Shown here piece by piece: positions 44,300 to 53,441 of a stretch of 61,020 nucleotides of DNA. The notes beneath the pieces were generated by a model. That model was not told the origin of the DNA, made no database searches, and worked only from the letters and a program-made list of their open reading frames with translations. The translations under genes were made by a program, and so were the position numbers. The stretch comes from Candidatus Limnocylindria bacterium. Lineage in GTDB: Bacteria; Chloroflexota; Limnocylindria; QHBO01. How positions within the stretch are numbered: the stretch's first letter is position 1; every line of letters starts with the position of its first letter. The stretch covers positions 1 to 61,020 of the forward strand of contig JBKJYH010000048.1 in the NCBI GenBank assembly GCA_046715765.1. The letters are read 5' to 3'.

Positions 44300-45048
44300 C
44301 GGATGAGCTCGACCCGGATCGGGCCGAACAGTTCGGCCTGTTCAACGCGCACCACCCGGCGTCGGACCAGCTCGAGCGTGGCCATCAGGGTCACCGTCTG
44401 CTCCGTGCGCGAGCGACTCGCGCCCAGGATCTCCTGCAGGATCAGGGCGCCGGTCGGTGCCAGCGCCGCCTCCAGCGCGGCGATCTGCATCGCCATCGTG
44501 ATCTCGCGAGCGACGACCTCGGGTGGCGCAGGTTCCGCTTCCCGCAGAGCGGCCAGGCGCAGCATGCCCTCGACCAGCAGGCCTGCCCCGAGCGTCGGTC
44601 CGGCCACGATCGGGAGGTCCGTGTCGCGCGGTTCGCGGCGCATCAGCGGCCTCAGCAGGTCGAGTTCGCCCATCCGCTGTGCCGCATCGCGCAGGGCTCG
44701 ATACGCGATCAGCCGTCCGCGCAGGTCCGCCTCATCGGGCTCGTCGCCGGCAACTGATTCGGCGGGCGAAGGTTCGCCGGGAAGCAGGCGACGCGACTTG
44801 ATCAGGATCAGGCGTGCCGCGACCGCGACGAACTCCGACAACGCCACCGGCTCCACCCGGTGGGTGGACAGGTACCCCACGAAGGCGTCCGCCACCTCGG
44901 CCAGGGGCACGCTCAGGATGTCGAGTTGGCGGGACTCGATCAGGTGCAGCAGCAGCGCAAACGGCCCGTTGAAGACCTCGAGCTGAACCTCGAATCCGGA
45001 TGCTCGCGGAGCGAACTCCGGCTCAATCGGGATCGGCTGCAGCGGCAT
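44296..45048 (-). CDS. scpA: segregation and condensation protein A
   Basis: The 532-aa ORF was trimmed to MPLQPIP. 'FEVQLEVFNGPFALLLHLIESRQLDI' is the kleisin N-terminal motif. There is an ATGA overlap with scpB. Confidence 0.9.
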   Translation of the reverse strand: MPLQPIPIEPEFAPRASGFEVQLEVFNGPFALLLHLIESRQLDILSVPLAEVADAFVGYLSTHRVEPVALSEFVAVAARLILIKSRRLLPGEPSPAESVAGDEPDEADLRGRLIAYRALRDAAQRMGELDLLRPLMRREPRDTDLPIVAGPTLGAGLLVEGMLRLAALREAEPAPPEVVAREITMAMQIAALEAALAPTGALILQEILGASRSRTEQTVTLMATLELVRRRVVRVEQAELFGPIRVELIR

Positions 45049-45052
45049 CTGC

Positions 45053-45538
45053 TCAGCTCGCCTGGTCGGCGCGATGCAGCGCCGCGGCCAGGGCTGCGTC
45101 GGCAGGTCCCACGGTCCCGGCGATGAAATGCGCCACGCGCTGCGAGCAACCTGCGTCCAGGGTCGCGGCGGCCGACATCTGCGGATGGTGGAGGTACAGG
45201 TACAGGCCGTGCCGCCAGGAGGCCGGGTTGGGCGACACCAGGCGCGCCAGGAGACGCGGCGCACCGGCCTCGAGCAGCACGCCGGCGACCCGATGCCAGA
45301 GCCGCATCCGGGACCCCTTGGCGCAATCGTGGAGCAGGGCAGCCGTGAGGAGGTCCGGGTCGGTATGCCCTGCCGCACCCAGCCGACGAGCGACGTCCAG
45401 CCCGTGACGCCGATCCCCGACGGGCATGGCATCGAAGATGTCCCACGCCCCGCGCGGCAAGACCTGGTGGGCAGCCTCAGTCTCGGCCGGGCCAACCCGC
45501 GCCGTGATGTGGCCGACGAACTGGGTGACCCTATGCAC
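45053..45538 (-). CDS. HD-domain protein
   Basis: 161 aa. 'RRHGLDVARRL....AALLHDCAK' gives the H...HD metal-binding pattern. Confidence 0.6.
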   Translation of the reverse strand: MHRVTQFVGHITARVGPAETEAAHQVLPRGAWDIFDAMPVGDRRHGLDVARRLGAAGHTDPDLLTAALLHDCAKGSRMRLWHRVAGVLLEAGAPRLLARLVSPNPASWRHGLYLYLHHPQMSAAATLDAGCSQRVAHFIAGTVGPADAALAAALHRADQAS

Positions 45539-46160
45539 CGATCAGCCACCGCGTCAGCAGGTCGACCAGGTCGAAGAGCCAGACCAGCGGCCCGCCGTAC
45601 CCGATGAACGAGATGAGCACCAGGCCGAGGAGCAGGTAGGCCCCGTACCGCGCATTGCGCGCGACCCAGAACTGCTGGGCCGGCGGCAGGAGCGGGACCA
45701 CCAGGTTGTAGCCGTCGAGCGGCGGGATGGGCAGGAGGTTGAAGAGAGCAAGGGTCAGGTTCAGGGCGACCACCACGTACAGGACCTGCAACACCATCAT
45801 CGCGTCGAGACCGATCGGCGCCGCGACCCGGTAGGCAGCCCCGGTCGCCAGGGCGAGCGCCAGGTTGGAGAGCGGACCTGCGACGGCGACCCACACCAGG
45901 CCGATCCGGCCCGGTCGCAGCGCATAGCCGTTGACCGGCACCGGGCGGCCCCAGCCGAATCCGGCGAGCAGGAACAGGAGGGCGCCGATCGGGTCGATGT
46001 GGCGGCGCGGATCGAGCGAGACTCGGCCGAGCGCCCGAGGCATCCGATCGCCCAGCCGATCGGCGACCCAGGCATGCGAGAACTCGTGAACGGTGATCCC
46101 GGCCACCAGGGCGATCCCGACCGCAATCAGGAACTCGATCGACGGATTGCCGAAGAGCAC
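45531..46160 (-). CDS. site-2 protease family (M50) membrane metalloprotease, short form
   Basis: 209 aa. It has 'VHEFSHAWVADRLGD' (HExxH) and 'NLLPIPPLDG' motifs and is hydrophobic throughout. Confidence 0.8.
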   Translation of the reverse strand: MLFGNPSIEFLIAVGIALVAGITVHEFSHAWVADRLGDRMPRALGRVSLDPRRHIDPIGALLFLLAGFGWGRPVPVNGYALRPGRIGLVWVAVAGPLSNLALALATGAAYRVAAPIGLDAMMVLQVLYVVVALNLTLALFNLLPIPPLDGYNLVVPLLPPAQQFWVARNARYGAYLLLGLVLISFIGYGGPLVWLFDLVDLLTRWLIGA

Positions 46161-47045
46161 CTAGCCGAGCTCCGGCAGCAGCTCACCAAGCAGCGAGGTG
46201 AGGCGGACCGCACCGATCGGGCCCATGGCCAGCACCTCTTCATGGGTCACCTCACCCACCATGTCGGGCGTTGCCTCATTGGTGATCAGGCTGAATCCGA
46301 CGACCCGCGCACCGTGGTGGCGTGCCACCAACAGCTCGTGGACGGTGGACATCCCGACCGCGTCCACGCCCAGCGAACCGAGCATCCGCAACTCGGCCCG
46401 GGTCTCGTACGACGGCCCCGACAGCATGCAGTACACCCCTTCACGCAGCGACACCCCGGCCCGACCGGCCGCGGCCTGCGCGGCTCGTCGCAGATCCGGG
46501 TCCCAGGCGTCGGTCATCGGCACGAATCGAGGACCGTAGCCCTCCAGGTTCGGCCCGCGCAGCGGGTTGTCGCCGGACAGGTTGATCGAGTCCGCAATGG
46601 CCATCACGTCGCCTGGATCGAACCCGGGGTTGATCCCGCCCGCGGTATTGGTCAGGACCAGCGTCTCGATCCCGAGTGACAGGCAGGCCCGCAACAGGAC
46701 GGTGGTCTCGCGCTGGGACCAGCCCTCGTACGGGTGCGTGCGCCCCGACTGGATCAGGACCGGGTGGCCGCCGGCCATCCCCGCGATCAGTCGACCGGCG
46801 TGACCCGCCACCACCGAGCGGGGGACGTCGGGAATGTCGGCGTAGTCGAGCTCGAGGCGCGGCTCGGGGTCGAGCAGGTCGACTACTCCGCCCAGCCCGG
46901 ACCCAAGGACGATCCCGATCCGCGGAGCCGCGAGGGCAGGCTCCTGGGCCAGCCACATGCGCACCACCCCGGCCGCGACGTCGACCCGGCGCGCCAGCTC
47001 CGCCCCGTACACGCCGTCCGGGAGGGAGGGGCGTGGCAACTCCAC
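46161..47045 (-). CDS. punA: purine nucleoside phosphorylase (trimeric PNP-I type)
   Basis: 294 aa with a GTG start. It has '..GSGLGG..', '..GHAGRLIAG..' and '..LTNTAGGINP..', plus the '..VGMSTVHE..' motif. Confidence 0.85.
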   Translation of the reverse strand: MELPRPSLPDGVYGAELARRVDVAAGVVRMWLAQEPALAAPRIGIVLGSGLGGVVDLLDPEPRLELDYADIPDVPRSVVAGHAGRLIAGMAGGHPVLIQSGRTHPYEGWSQRETTVLLRACLSLGIETLVLTNTAGGINPGFDPGDVMAIADSINLSGDNPLRGPNLEGYGPRFVPMTDAWDPDLRRAAQAAAGRAGVSLREGVYCMLSGPSYETRAELRMLGSLGVDAVGMSTVHELLVARHHGARVVGFSLITNEATPDMVGEVTHEEVLAMGPIGAVRLTSLLGELLPELG

Positions 47046-47825
47046 CTACATCCGCTCCAGGATGTGCGCCTTCTTGGCCTCGTATTCCTCCGCGGTGATC
47101 AGGCCGCGATCGCGCAGCGAGGCCAGGCTCTCGAGCCGGGCCACCCACTCGTCGGCTGGAGCGGCCGCAGGCGGAGGCGCTGCCTGAGGTGCGGTCGGTT
47201 CGGGCGCGGGAGGGTGTACCTCCGCCACTCGGTCGCTGCCGGCGCGCGGGGGCATCGCATCTGCGCGCTGCATCGATGGCGCGCTCGAGGGACCCTGCAT
47301 CCGGGGAGCCGGCGCGAGATCGGGTCGCTCCAGGCGCTCCTTCTGGTTGAGCATGGCGATCTTGAATTTCACCGGGTCAGCCAGCATGTCGTAGTCCTGG
47401 ATCCCGGCGGACTCGTCGGCCGCGGTCAGGATGTCCAGCGTGCCGTAATCGAAGATTCGGCCCAGCAGGCTCTGGGTCAGGTGGGCGTCGTTGACCTTCT
47501 CCAGGCCCGAGTCGCTCATCTCCTTGTTGAAGATCCCCTCGGCCTTGATCAGTCGGCGGGTGGTCACCAGATATTCCTGGTTGCGCCAGGCCCACACCAT
47601 CCAGCCGATCCGGCCCAGCGAGCCGATCAGGACAACCATGGAGAGGATCTGCAGTGCGTCGCGACCGGCTCCCGGATCGAGGCTCGCCGACCAGAGCACC
47701 ACCGCCAACGACAGGATCGTTGCGATCACGAATAGCCAGGTGCTGGCCAGCACCGCAAACCAGTGTTGTCGGCTCTCGAAGACGACCTCTTCTCCGCGAC
47801 TGAGCAGGGTGCGCGCGTAACTCAT
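47046..47825 (-). CDS. bacterial PH (bPH_2/YdbS-like) membrane protein with C-terminal SHOCT domain
   Basis: 259 aa. 'LSRGEEVVFESRQHWF' plus two TM helices indicate a PH-like region. This is followed by a Pro/Ala linker and the terminal 'LASLRDRGLITAEEYEAKKAHIL' SHOCT motif. Confidence 0.7.
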   Translation of the reverse strand: MSYARTLLSRGEEVVFESRQHWFAVLASTWLFVIATILSLAVVLWSASLDPGAGRDALQILSMVVLIGSLGRIGWMVWAWRNQEYLVTTRRLIKAEGIFNKEMSDSGLEKVNDAHLTQSLLGRIFDYGTLDILTAADESAGIQDYDMLADPVKFKIAMLNQKERLERPDLAPAPRMQGPSSAPSMQRADAMPPRAGSDRVAEVHPPAPEPTAPQAAPPPAAAPADEWVARLESLASLRDRGLITAEEYEAKKAHILERM

Positions 47826-47840
47826 CGGATCCTCCGCCGA

Positions 47841-48737
47841 TCAGGCTCGTGGGTGTGCCCGAGCATACACCTCGCGCAGGCGCTCCCCGGTCAGGTGGGT
47901 GTAGACCTGGGTCGTGGTGATGCTGGCGTGGCCGAGCAGGGTCTGCACCACCCGCAGGTCGGCGCCGCCCTCCAGCAGGTGCGTGGCGAAACTGTGTCGG
48001 AAGGTGTGCGGGCTTACCCGCGCGCCGATCCCGGCCGCACCGGCCCAGCGTCCCACCAGGCGCCAGACCGATTCGCGCCCCAGCCGCGTTCCACGCTGGT
48101 TGACGAACACCGCCGGGGTCGGGTGGCCCGCGGTCCACGCCCGGCGCGGCCCGGTCAGGTAGCGATCCATCCGCTCGCGAGCCTCGTCCCCCATTGGCAC
48201 CCGGCGTTCGCGGTTGCCCTTGCCGATGACCCGCACCTGGAGCCCGGCCAGGTCGAGCCGGTCGGTATCGAGGCCGGTCAGCTCGCTCACCCGCAGGCCG
48301 CAGCCGTAGAGCAGCTCCAGGATCGCCCGGTCACGCAGACCGGGGTCGGTGTCGGCCGGCGGCGCATCGAGGACGCGCACGACCTGCTCCACGCTCAGCA
48401 CATCGGGCAGGTAGGTCCCGGCCCGCGGGCTGTCCAGCAGGTCGGCAAGGTCACGCTCGAGCAGCCCCTCGCGCTGCGCGAATCCATAGAAGGAGCGCAC
48501 CGCGGCGAGCTTGCGGGCCTGGGTCGAGGCCAGGCGCCCGGCTCGGCGCAGGCCGAGCACGAAGGAGCGCGCCGGCTCGGGGTCGCTCCGCCACGCGGCG
48601 CCGGCCACGGATGCGAACTGGGCCAGGTCATGCCGGTACGCGGCGATGGTCAGCGGCGACAGTCCGCGTTCCACTCGGAGCTCGGTGAGGAACGCGTCGA
48701 GCGCGTCGGCAAGGTCGGCGCCGTGCGTCCCGCTCAG
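47841..48737 (-). CDS. xerD: tyrosine recombinase XerD
   Basis: The core ('..FLTELRVERGLSPLTIAAYRHDL..', '..HTFRHSFATHLLEGGADLRVVQTLLGHASITTTQVYTH') is unambiguous. The start is uncertain: I find no ATG/GTG/TTG between the nadK stop and the conserved N-terminus. I placed it at CTG 48737, which is 8 nt after a GAAGGG. Confidence 0.75.
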   Translation of the reverse strand: MSGTHGADLADALDAFLTELRVERGLSPLTIAAYRHDLAQFASVAGAAWRSDPEPARSFVLGLRRAGRLASTQARKLAAVRSFYGFAQREGLLERDLADLLDSPRAGTYLPDVLSVEQVVRVLDAPPADTDPGLRDRAILELLYGCGLRVSELTGLDTDRLDLAGLQVRVIGKGNRERRVPMGDEARERMDRYLTGPRRAWTAGHPTPAVFVNQRGTRLGRESVWRLVGRWAGAAGIGARVSPHTFRHSFATHLLEGGADLRVVQTLLGHASITTTQVYTHLTGERLREVYARAHPRA

Positions 48738-48756
48738 TGAGCCCGCCCTTCGCCGG

Positions 48757-49590
48757 CTAGTAGGGCAGCGCTGCGGCCTTGGTGCGCAGCAGGTCGTAGA
48801 AGGCGGTGCTCCCCACCGGCTCGACCAGCCGCAGCGGTACGGGCAGGGCGCGCACCTCGACCTGTTCGCCGATCGCGATGGGCAGGTCCCACTGCCCGTC
48901 AATGCTGACCAGCGCTCCGGCTGCCGCCTGGCGCAGGGTGATCCGCACCAGGTGGTCCTCGCCGGCGACCACGCTGCGCAACTGGGAGAGGTACGCGGCC
49001 ACTGGGGTGATGATCATGTTCCGCAGCCGCGGGTCGAGGATCGAGCCACCGGCGCTGAACGAGTAGGCCGTCGAGCCGGTGGGGGTGGCTACCACAACCC
49101 CGTCGGCGACCCAGGTGGCCAGGTGGCTGCCACTGACCTCGACCTCGACCTGGATCATCCGCACCCGGCCGGCGCGCGCCACCGCAACCTCGTTGAGGCA
49201 GGCATGGGTCTCGCTTGTGCCATCGGCCCGCACCAGCGTGGCGGCGATCCGCAGCCGGTCCTCGACCGTGTACTCGCCCGCGGCGACCTGCTCGAGCGCC
49301 CGCTCCAGCCCATCGGTCTCGACCTTGGCCAGGAAGCCGACCCTGCCCAGGTTAATGCCGAGGGCCGGCACGCCGCTATCCCCGATGGCGCGGGCAACCC
49401 GCAGGAAGGTGCCATCGCCACCGAGGATGCAGACCATGTCGCTCCCCACACACGCCGAGGTCACACCCTCGCGGTCCTCTGCCGCCGCCTGCCAGGTGTC
49501 CACGCCGTGGGCCGCGCACCAGGACAGCCCGCGCTCGAGCGCGGCGCGGGCGTGGGGCAGGGTGGGGTTGAAGGCGAACCCGATGCGCAT
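48757..49590 (-). CDS. nadK: NAD kinase
   Basis: 277 aa. 'ILGGDGTFLRVAR' and '..TPTGSTAYSFSAGG..' are NadK motifs. Confidence 0.9.
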   Translation of the reverse strand: MRIGFAFNPTLPHARAALERGLSWCAAHGVDTWQAAAEDREGVTSACVGSDMVCILGGDGTFLRVARAIGDSGVPALGINLGRVGFLAKVETDGLERALEQVAAGEYTVEDRLRIAATLVRADGTSETHACLNEVAVARAGRVRMIQVEVEVSGSHLATWVADGVVVATPTGSTAYSFSAGGSILDPRLRNMIITPVAAYLSQLRSVVAGEDHLVRITLRQAAAGALVSIDGQWDLPIAIGEQVEVRALPVPLRLVEPVGSTAFYDLLRTKAAALPY

Positions 49591-49928
49591 CAGCGCTCGA
49601 TCCCGAGCCGCTCCGCGATCTCCTCGATCTGCCGGCGCAGCCCGGCCAGCTCCGATGAAAGCTCGTCGGGAGCGACCGCCGCGTAGGAACGATCCAGACC
49701 GGCGGCGATGAGGGCCCGCATCAGGCCCGACGGCGAAACGCCGCGTGATCGCGCGGCGTTCTCGACGCGCAGCACGAGGGCGTCGGGCATCCGCAGCGAC
49801 ACGATCTGGCGCATGGTGTCGGGCGCCGGCTCGCGGATCGTGGCGAGCACCTCGTCGAGCCCCTCGAACCCGACGCTGAGTTGCTCGACCGTGACCCGGC
49901 GGTTTCGCTTTGGCATGCCGCTTGGCAT
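49590..49928 (-). CDS. ribbon-helix-helix (CopG/Arc-like) domain protein
   Basis: Trimmed to MPSGMPKRN (alternative ATG at 49916). 'QIVSLRMPDALVLRVENAARSRGVSPSGLMRALIAAGL' fits a beta-strand/helix/helix RHH layout. It has a 1-nt stop/start overlap with nadK. Confidence 0.5.
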   Translation of the reverse strand: MPSGMPKRNRRVTVEQLSVGFEGLDEVLATIREPAPDTMRQIVSLRMPDALVLRVENAARSRGVSPSGLMRALIAAGLDRSYAAVAPDELSSELAGLRRQIEEIAERLGIER

Positions 49929-49941
49929 CGTAGCGCGCCGA

Positions 49942-50733
49942 TCAGTCCCCCGGAGCGGACACCGCGTCCACCAGGCCCAGCCACGCCGCCCGATCCAGGG
50001 CGAGGCGAGGACGGAACATGGCCAGGAACTCCCTGTTGCCGTCACTGCCGGTGATCGGTGAGGCCATCAGGTCCACGGCCCCCAGGCCGGCATCGGCGGC
50101 CGCGTCGGCCACCTCGAGTAGCACAGCCCGATGGGCGGCGGGGTCGCGGACCACTCCCCCGCGCGGGACCTGCCCGCGCCCGACCTCGAATTGCGGCTTG
50201 ACCAGCGCGATCACCGCTCCCTCGGGGGCCAACAGGGGCGCGACCGCCGGCAGGACCAGGCGCAGCGAGATGAAGCTCAGGTCCAGGGTGGCCAAACCGA
50301 TCGGCTCCGGGAGCTCGGCCAGGGTCCGCAGGTTGGTGCGTTCCATGCTCACGACTCGCGGATCGCGTCGCAGCCGATCGAGCAACTGGGCGCGGCCCAC
50401 GTCCACGGCGTAGACGACCCGCGCACCGTGCGCCAGCAGCACTTCGGTGAAGCCACCGGTCGAGGCGCCGGCATCCAGGCACGCCAGCCCGGTCGGGTTG
50501 ACCTTGAAGCGTTCGAGCGCAGCCTCGAGCTTGCCGCCGGCCCGGGATGCCCAGCGCGGTGCGGCATCGACCCTGATGACCGCGTCGGCGGCCACCAACT
50601 GCCCGGGCTTGAGCGTGCGAGTGGCAGCGCCGGCGAGCTCCACCGCCCCGGCCAGGAGTAGCGCCTGGGCATCTGTTCGTGAGCGTGCCAGCCCGCGGCT
50701 GACCAGCAGTTGGTCGAGCCTCAGTCGGGACAT
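49942..50733 (-). CDS. tlyA: TlyA-family rRNA 2'-O-methyltransferase
   Basis: 263 aa with an S4-like N-terminus (RLDQLLVSRGLARSRTDAQALL) and an FtsJ-type 'LDAGASTGGFTEVLL' SAM motif. Confidence 0.9.
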   Translation of the reverse strand: MSRLRLDQLLVSRGLARSRTDAQALLLAGAVELAGAATRTLKPGQLVAADAVIRVDAAPRWASRAGGKLEAALERFKVNPTGLACLDAGASTGGFTEVLLAHGARVVYAVDVGRAQLLDRLRRDPRVVSMERTNLRTLAELPEPIGLATLDLSFISLRLVLPAVAPLLAPEGAVIALVKPQFEVGRGQVPRGGVVRDPAAHRAVLLEVADAAADAGLGAVDLMASPITGSDGNREFLAMFRPRLALDRAAWLGLVDAVSAPGD

Positions 50734-50789
50734 GGCGGCATGCTACCTGCGGCCCCGCGGGGAAGGGCTGTGGCGCTGCGGCCTCCCGT

Positions 50790-51161
50790 TCAGAGGCAGT
50801 TGTTGAGCGGAATACCCATCGCCTGGCATTCGCCCGGACCGGGAGTTCCGACAGTGATGAACAGGTAGCCACCCCTGAGCGGGATGGCTACGGCCAGGAG
50901 CAGCAGCACAACGGCGATTGCTACCCAGGCAGTCTGCGGCGATCTGCCGAAGACCCCCCGGATGAGGCGCGCGGCTACGGCGGCCACCATCCCGCAGATG
51001 ACGGCGAACGTGATAACCCAGGGCCAATTGACGCGCAGGAACGCCTCGTTGAGGTACGGACGTGGTCCCGCATAGTCCGCCCCTGCCCAGACGGCACACG
51101 CGGCCACGACCAGGAACGCCACCGGGGCGACGACAAAGAAGTTCGCCACATCCGCGCGCAT
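50790..51161 (-). CDS. small hydrophobic membrane protein (3-4 TM), hypothetical
   Basis: The 370-aa ORF overlaps dxs in another frame, so it was trimmed to MRADVANFFVV (ATG 51161, 14 nt after the dxs stop). Composition is strongly hydrophobic. Confidence 0.5.
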   Translation of the reverse strand: MRADVANFFVVAPVAFLVVAACAVWAGADYAGPRPYLNEAFLRVNWPWVITFAVICGMVAAVAARLIRGVFGRSPQTAWVAIAVVLLLLAVAIPLRGGYLFITVGTPGPGECQAMGIPLNNCL

Positions 51162-51175
51162 GCGTGTGCCTCGCG

Positions 51176-53155
51176 TTACGCGGCCGTGACCCGTGAACGG
51201 CGACTGGGAGCCGGCTTCTCGGCAGTGGTCGGGACCGATTCGGCCAGCCCCAGCGCCTCGCGCACCTGCTCGGTGATGCCCGCCGAGTCGATGCGCTGCT
51301 GGCGCCGCAGGTCGGCGACCGCCCCGTGGTGCACGAAGCCGTCCGCCAGCGCCACTTTCAGGAGCGGCACGCGGATCCCGGCACGATTGAGCACATCGAG
51401 CACGCCATCGCCGAACCCGCCGTTTGCCGCGCTCTCCTCCGCGGTCACCACCAGCCGCTTGCCGATGGCCTCGGTGGCGAGCAGGCCCTCGTCGATGGGC
51501 TTGGCCCAGCGGGCGTTGATCACCGTCGATTGCAGGCCATGGTCCCGCGCCAGGTCTTCGGCGACTCGCCTGAGGCGCTGCACGATCGGTCCGAAGCCGA
51601 CCAGCAGCACGTCCTCGCCTCGGGATAGGACTTCGCCCAGGCCGACCTCGAGCGTCGTTCCCTCCCGATCTGGCAGGCCCTCGCCCGCGTCGCGCGGGTA
51701 ATGCAGGCTCATCGGTCCAGGATGGGCCATCGCGGTGACCACCATGTCGCGCAGTTCCTGTTCGTCCGCAGGTGAACCGATGACCAGGTTTGGTAGGGCA
51801 CGCTGCGCCGACAGGGTGAACATCCCCTGGTGGCTGGTGCCGTCCTCCCCGACCAGGCCGGCGCGGTCGATCGCGATCAACACCGGCAGGTCGTTCTGGC
51901 ACACGTCGTGGACCAGCTGGTCGTAGGCCCGCTGACTGAAGGTCGAGTAGATCGCCACCACCGGGCGGCGCCCGGCGAGCGCCAGTCCGGCAGCCATGGT
52001 CACGGCATGCTGTTCGGCGATCCCCACGTCGAAGATGCGGGTCGGGAACGCCTCGCCGAAGCGGGACAGGCCCGTGCCGGTGGGCATCCCGGCGGTGATG
52101 GCCACGATGCGAGGATCCCCGGCGGCAAGGCGGACCAGCTCCTCGACCATCGTCTGGGTGTAGGTCTTGGACTTGCCCCTGGCGCTCGGCGGGGGGACCG
52201 ACTCCTCGGTGTTCTCGAGCGCCGATACCTCGATCGGGGGCAGCGAGGCGCCGTGGAAGCTGATCGAATCGCGTTCGGCAGGCGCGTAGCCGCGGCCCTT
52301 CACTGTCTTGACATGGACCAGGACCGGGGACGGCAGTGCGAAGGCGCGTTCGAAATTCTCCTCGAGCTCCGCGCGGTCATGTCCGTCGAGCACCCCGATG
52401 TAGGTGAGCCCCATATCCTCGAAGAATCCGACCTGCGCCCAGGAACGCTTGAAGCCCTCCTTGGCGAACGCCAGCGCGTTGAAGAGCGGCTTGCCGATGA
52501 TCGGGATCCGGGGCAGGGTTCGTTTGGAGAGCCCCTTGGTCTCCTGGTAGACGCGCGTCAGGCGGAGCTTGTTGAGTCGGGTCGAGAGGCCGCCCACCGA
52601 TGGGCTGATGCTCATCTCGTTGTCGTTCAGCACGATCAGCAGCGGCCGGCGCTGATCGCCAAGGTGGTTCAGCGCCTCGAGGGTCAGCCCCGTCTGGATT
52701 GCCGCATCCCCCACGCACACCGCGATCCGTTGTTTGCGGGCCGGGTCGTCGACGGGCAGCAGGTCGCGTGACGCGGCCAGGCCCACGCCGATGCTGACCC
52801 CGGTCCCGGCGTGGCCCCCGTCGAACACGTCGTGCTCGCTCTCGCTGCGCCGGGGAAAACCGCCGACCCCGTTGACCGTGCGGAGCGTGTGAAAGCGCGC
52901 GAGCCGTCCGGTCAGCAGTTTGTGGGCATACGCCTGGTGTCCGGTGTCCCATACGATCCTGTCGCGCGGTGAGTCCATCACCCGGTGCAGCGCGATGGCG
53001 ATCTCGACCGCGCCCAGGGAACTTGCAAGATGGCCCCCGGTGCGCTGGACGGTTCGGATGATCTTCTCGCGCAGCTCGCCGGCGAGCGCATCAAGTTGGT
53101 CGGAACTGAGCCCTCGCAATTGCGCAGGGTCGGTCAGCGTCTCAAGGATGGCCAC
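51176..53155 (-). CDS. dxs: 1-deoxy-D-xylulose-5-phosphate synthase
   Basis: 659 aa. It has 'GGHLASSLGAVE', the 'GDAAIQTGLTLEALN' TPP motif and a transketolase-like C-terminus. Confidence 0.95.
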   Translation of the reverse strand: MAILETLTDPAQLRGLSSDQLDALAGELREKIIRTVQRTGGHLASSLGAVEIAIALHRVMDSPRDRIVWDTGHQAYAHKLLTGRLARFHTLRTVNGVGGFPRRSESEHDVFDGGHAGTGVSIGVGLAASRDLLPVDDPARKQRIAVCVGDAAIQTGLTLEALNHLGDQRRPLLIVLNDNEMSISPSVGGLSTRLNKLRLTRVYQETKGLSKRTLPRIPIIGKPLFNALAFAKEGFKRSWAQVGFFEDMGLTYIGVLDGHDRAELEENFERAFALPSPVLVHVKTVKGRGYAPAERDSISFHGASLPPIEVSALENTEESVPPPSARGKSKTYTQTMVEELVRLAAGDPRIVAITAGMPTGTGLSRFGEAFPTRIFDVGIAEQHAVTMAAGLALAGRRPVVAIYSTFSQRAYDQLVHDVCQNDLPVLIAIDRAGLVGEDGTSHQGMFTLSAQRALPNLVIGSPADEQELRDMVVTAMAHPGPMSLHYPRDAGEGLPDREGTTLEVGLGEVLSRGEDVLLVGFGPIVQRLRRVAEDLARDHGLQSTVINARWAKPIDEGLLATEAIGKRLVVTAEESAANGGFGDGVLDVLNRAGIRVPLLKVALADGFVHHGAVADLRRQQRIDSAGITEQVREALGLAESVPTTAEKPAPSRRSRVTAA

Positions 53156-53204
53156 GGGTCCCGAGTATAGGGGGGCGGCGCTCAGCCGGCCTTGGGTGGA
53201 AAGG

Positions 53205-53441
53205 TCATCCGGCGTCGCGATCGCCCGGCGAGGCGGCGTCGATCCCCGCCCCGATCTGGGAGATCGTCAGCTCGGCCGCCTGTAGGCGCTGCTCGGCGGC
53301 GGCGTGCAGCGCCAGTGCGCGCCGATAGAGCGCGATGCTCTCCTCGAGCGGAGCGTTGCCGGCCTCGAGCTGGGTCACGATCCGCTGCAACTCGCCGAGC
53401 AGCTCGTCGAATGGCAGGTTGGCGATCTGGTCTGCGGTCAC
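53205..53441 (-). CDS. xseB: exodeoxyribonuclease VII small subunit
   Basis: 78 aa. 'FDELLGELQRIVTQLEAGNAPLEESIALYRR' is the XseB signature. Its GTG start overlaps the xseA stop. Confidence 0.9.
   Translation of the reverse strand: MTADQIANLPFDELLGELQRIVTQLEAGNAPLEESIALYRRALALHAAAEQRLQAAELTISQIGAGIDAASPGDRDAG

Noticed and set aside
46140-46261. When hand-translating, I saw an apparent extra C at the 46140/46141 line break and a missing C at the 46260/46261 line break. Together these would frameshift the M50 protease and PNP genes.
   Set aside because: The supplied ORF track reads straight through both positions on both strands (45531-46160, 46161-47045, 46198-46539, 45426-46679), and the two discrepancies cancel. 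I treat this as a transcription or formatting slip at line boundaries, not a biological frameshift, and used the track coordinates.
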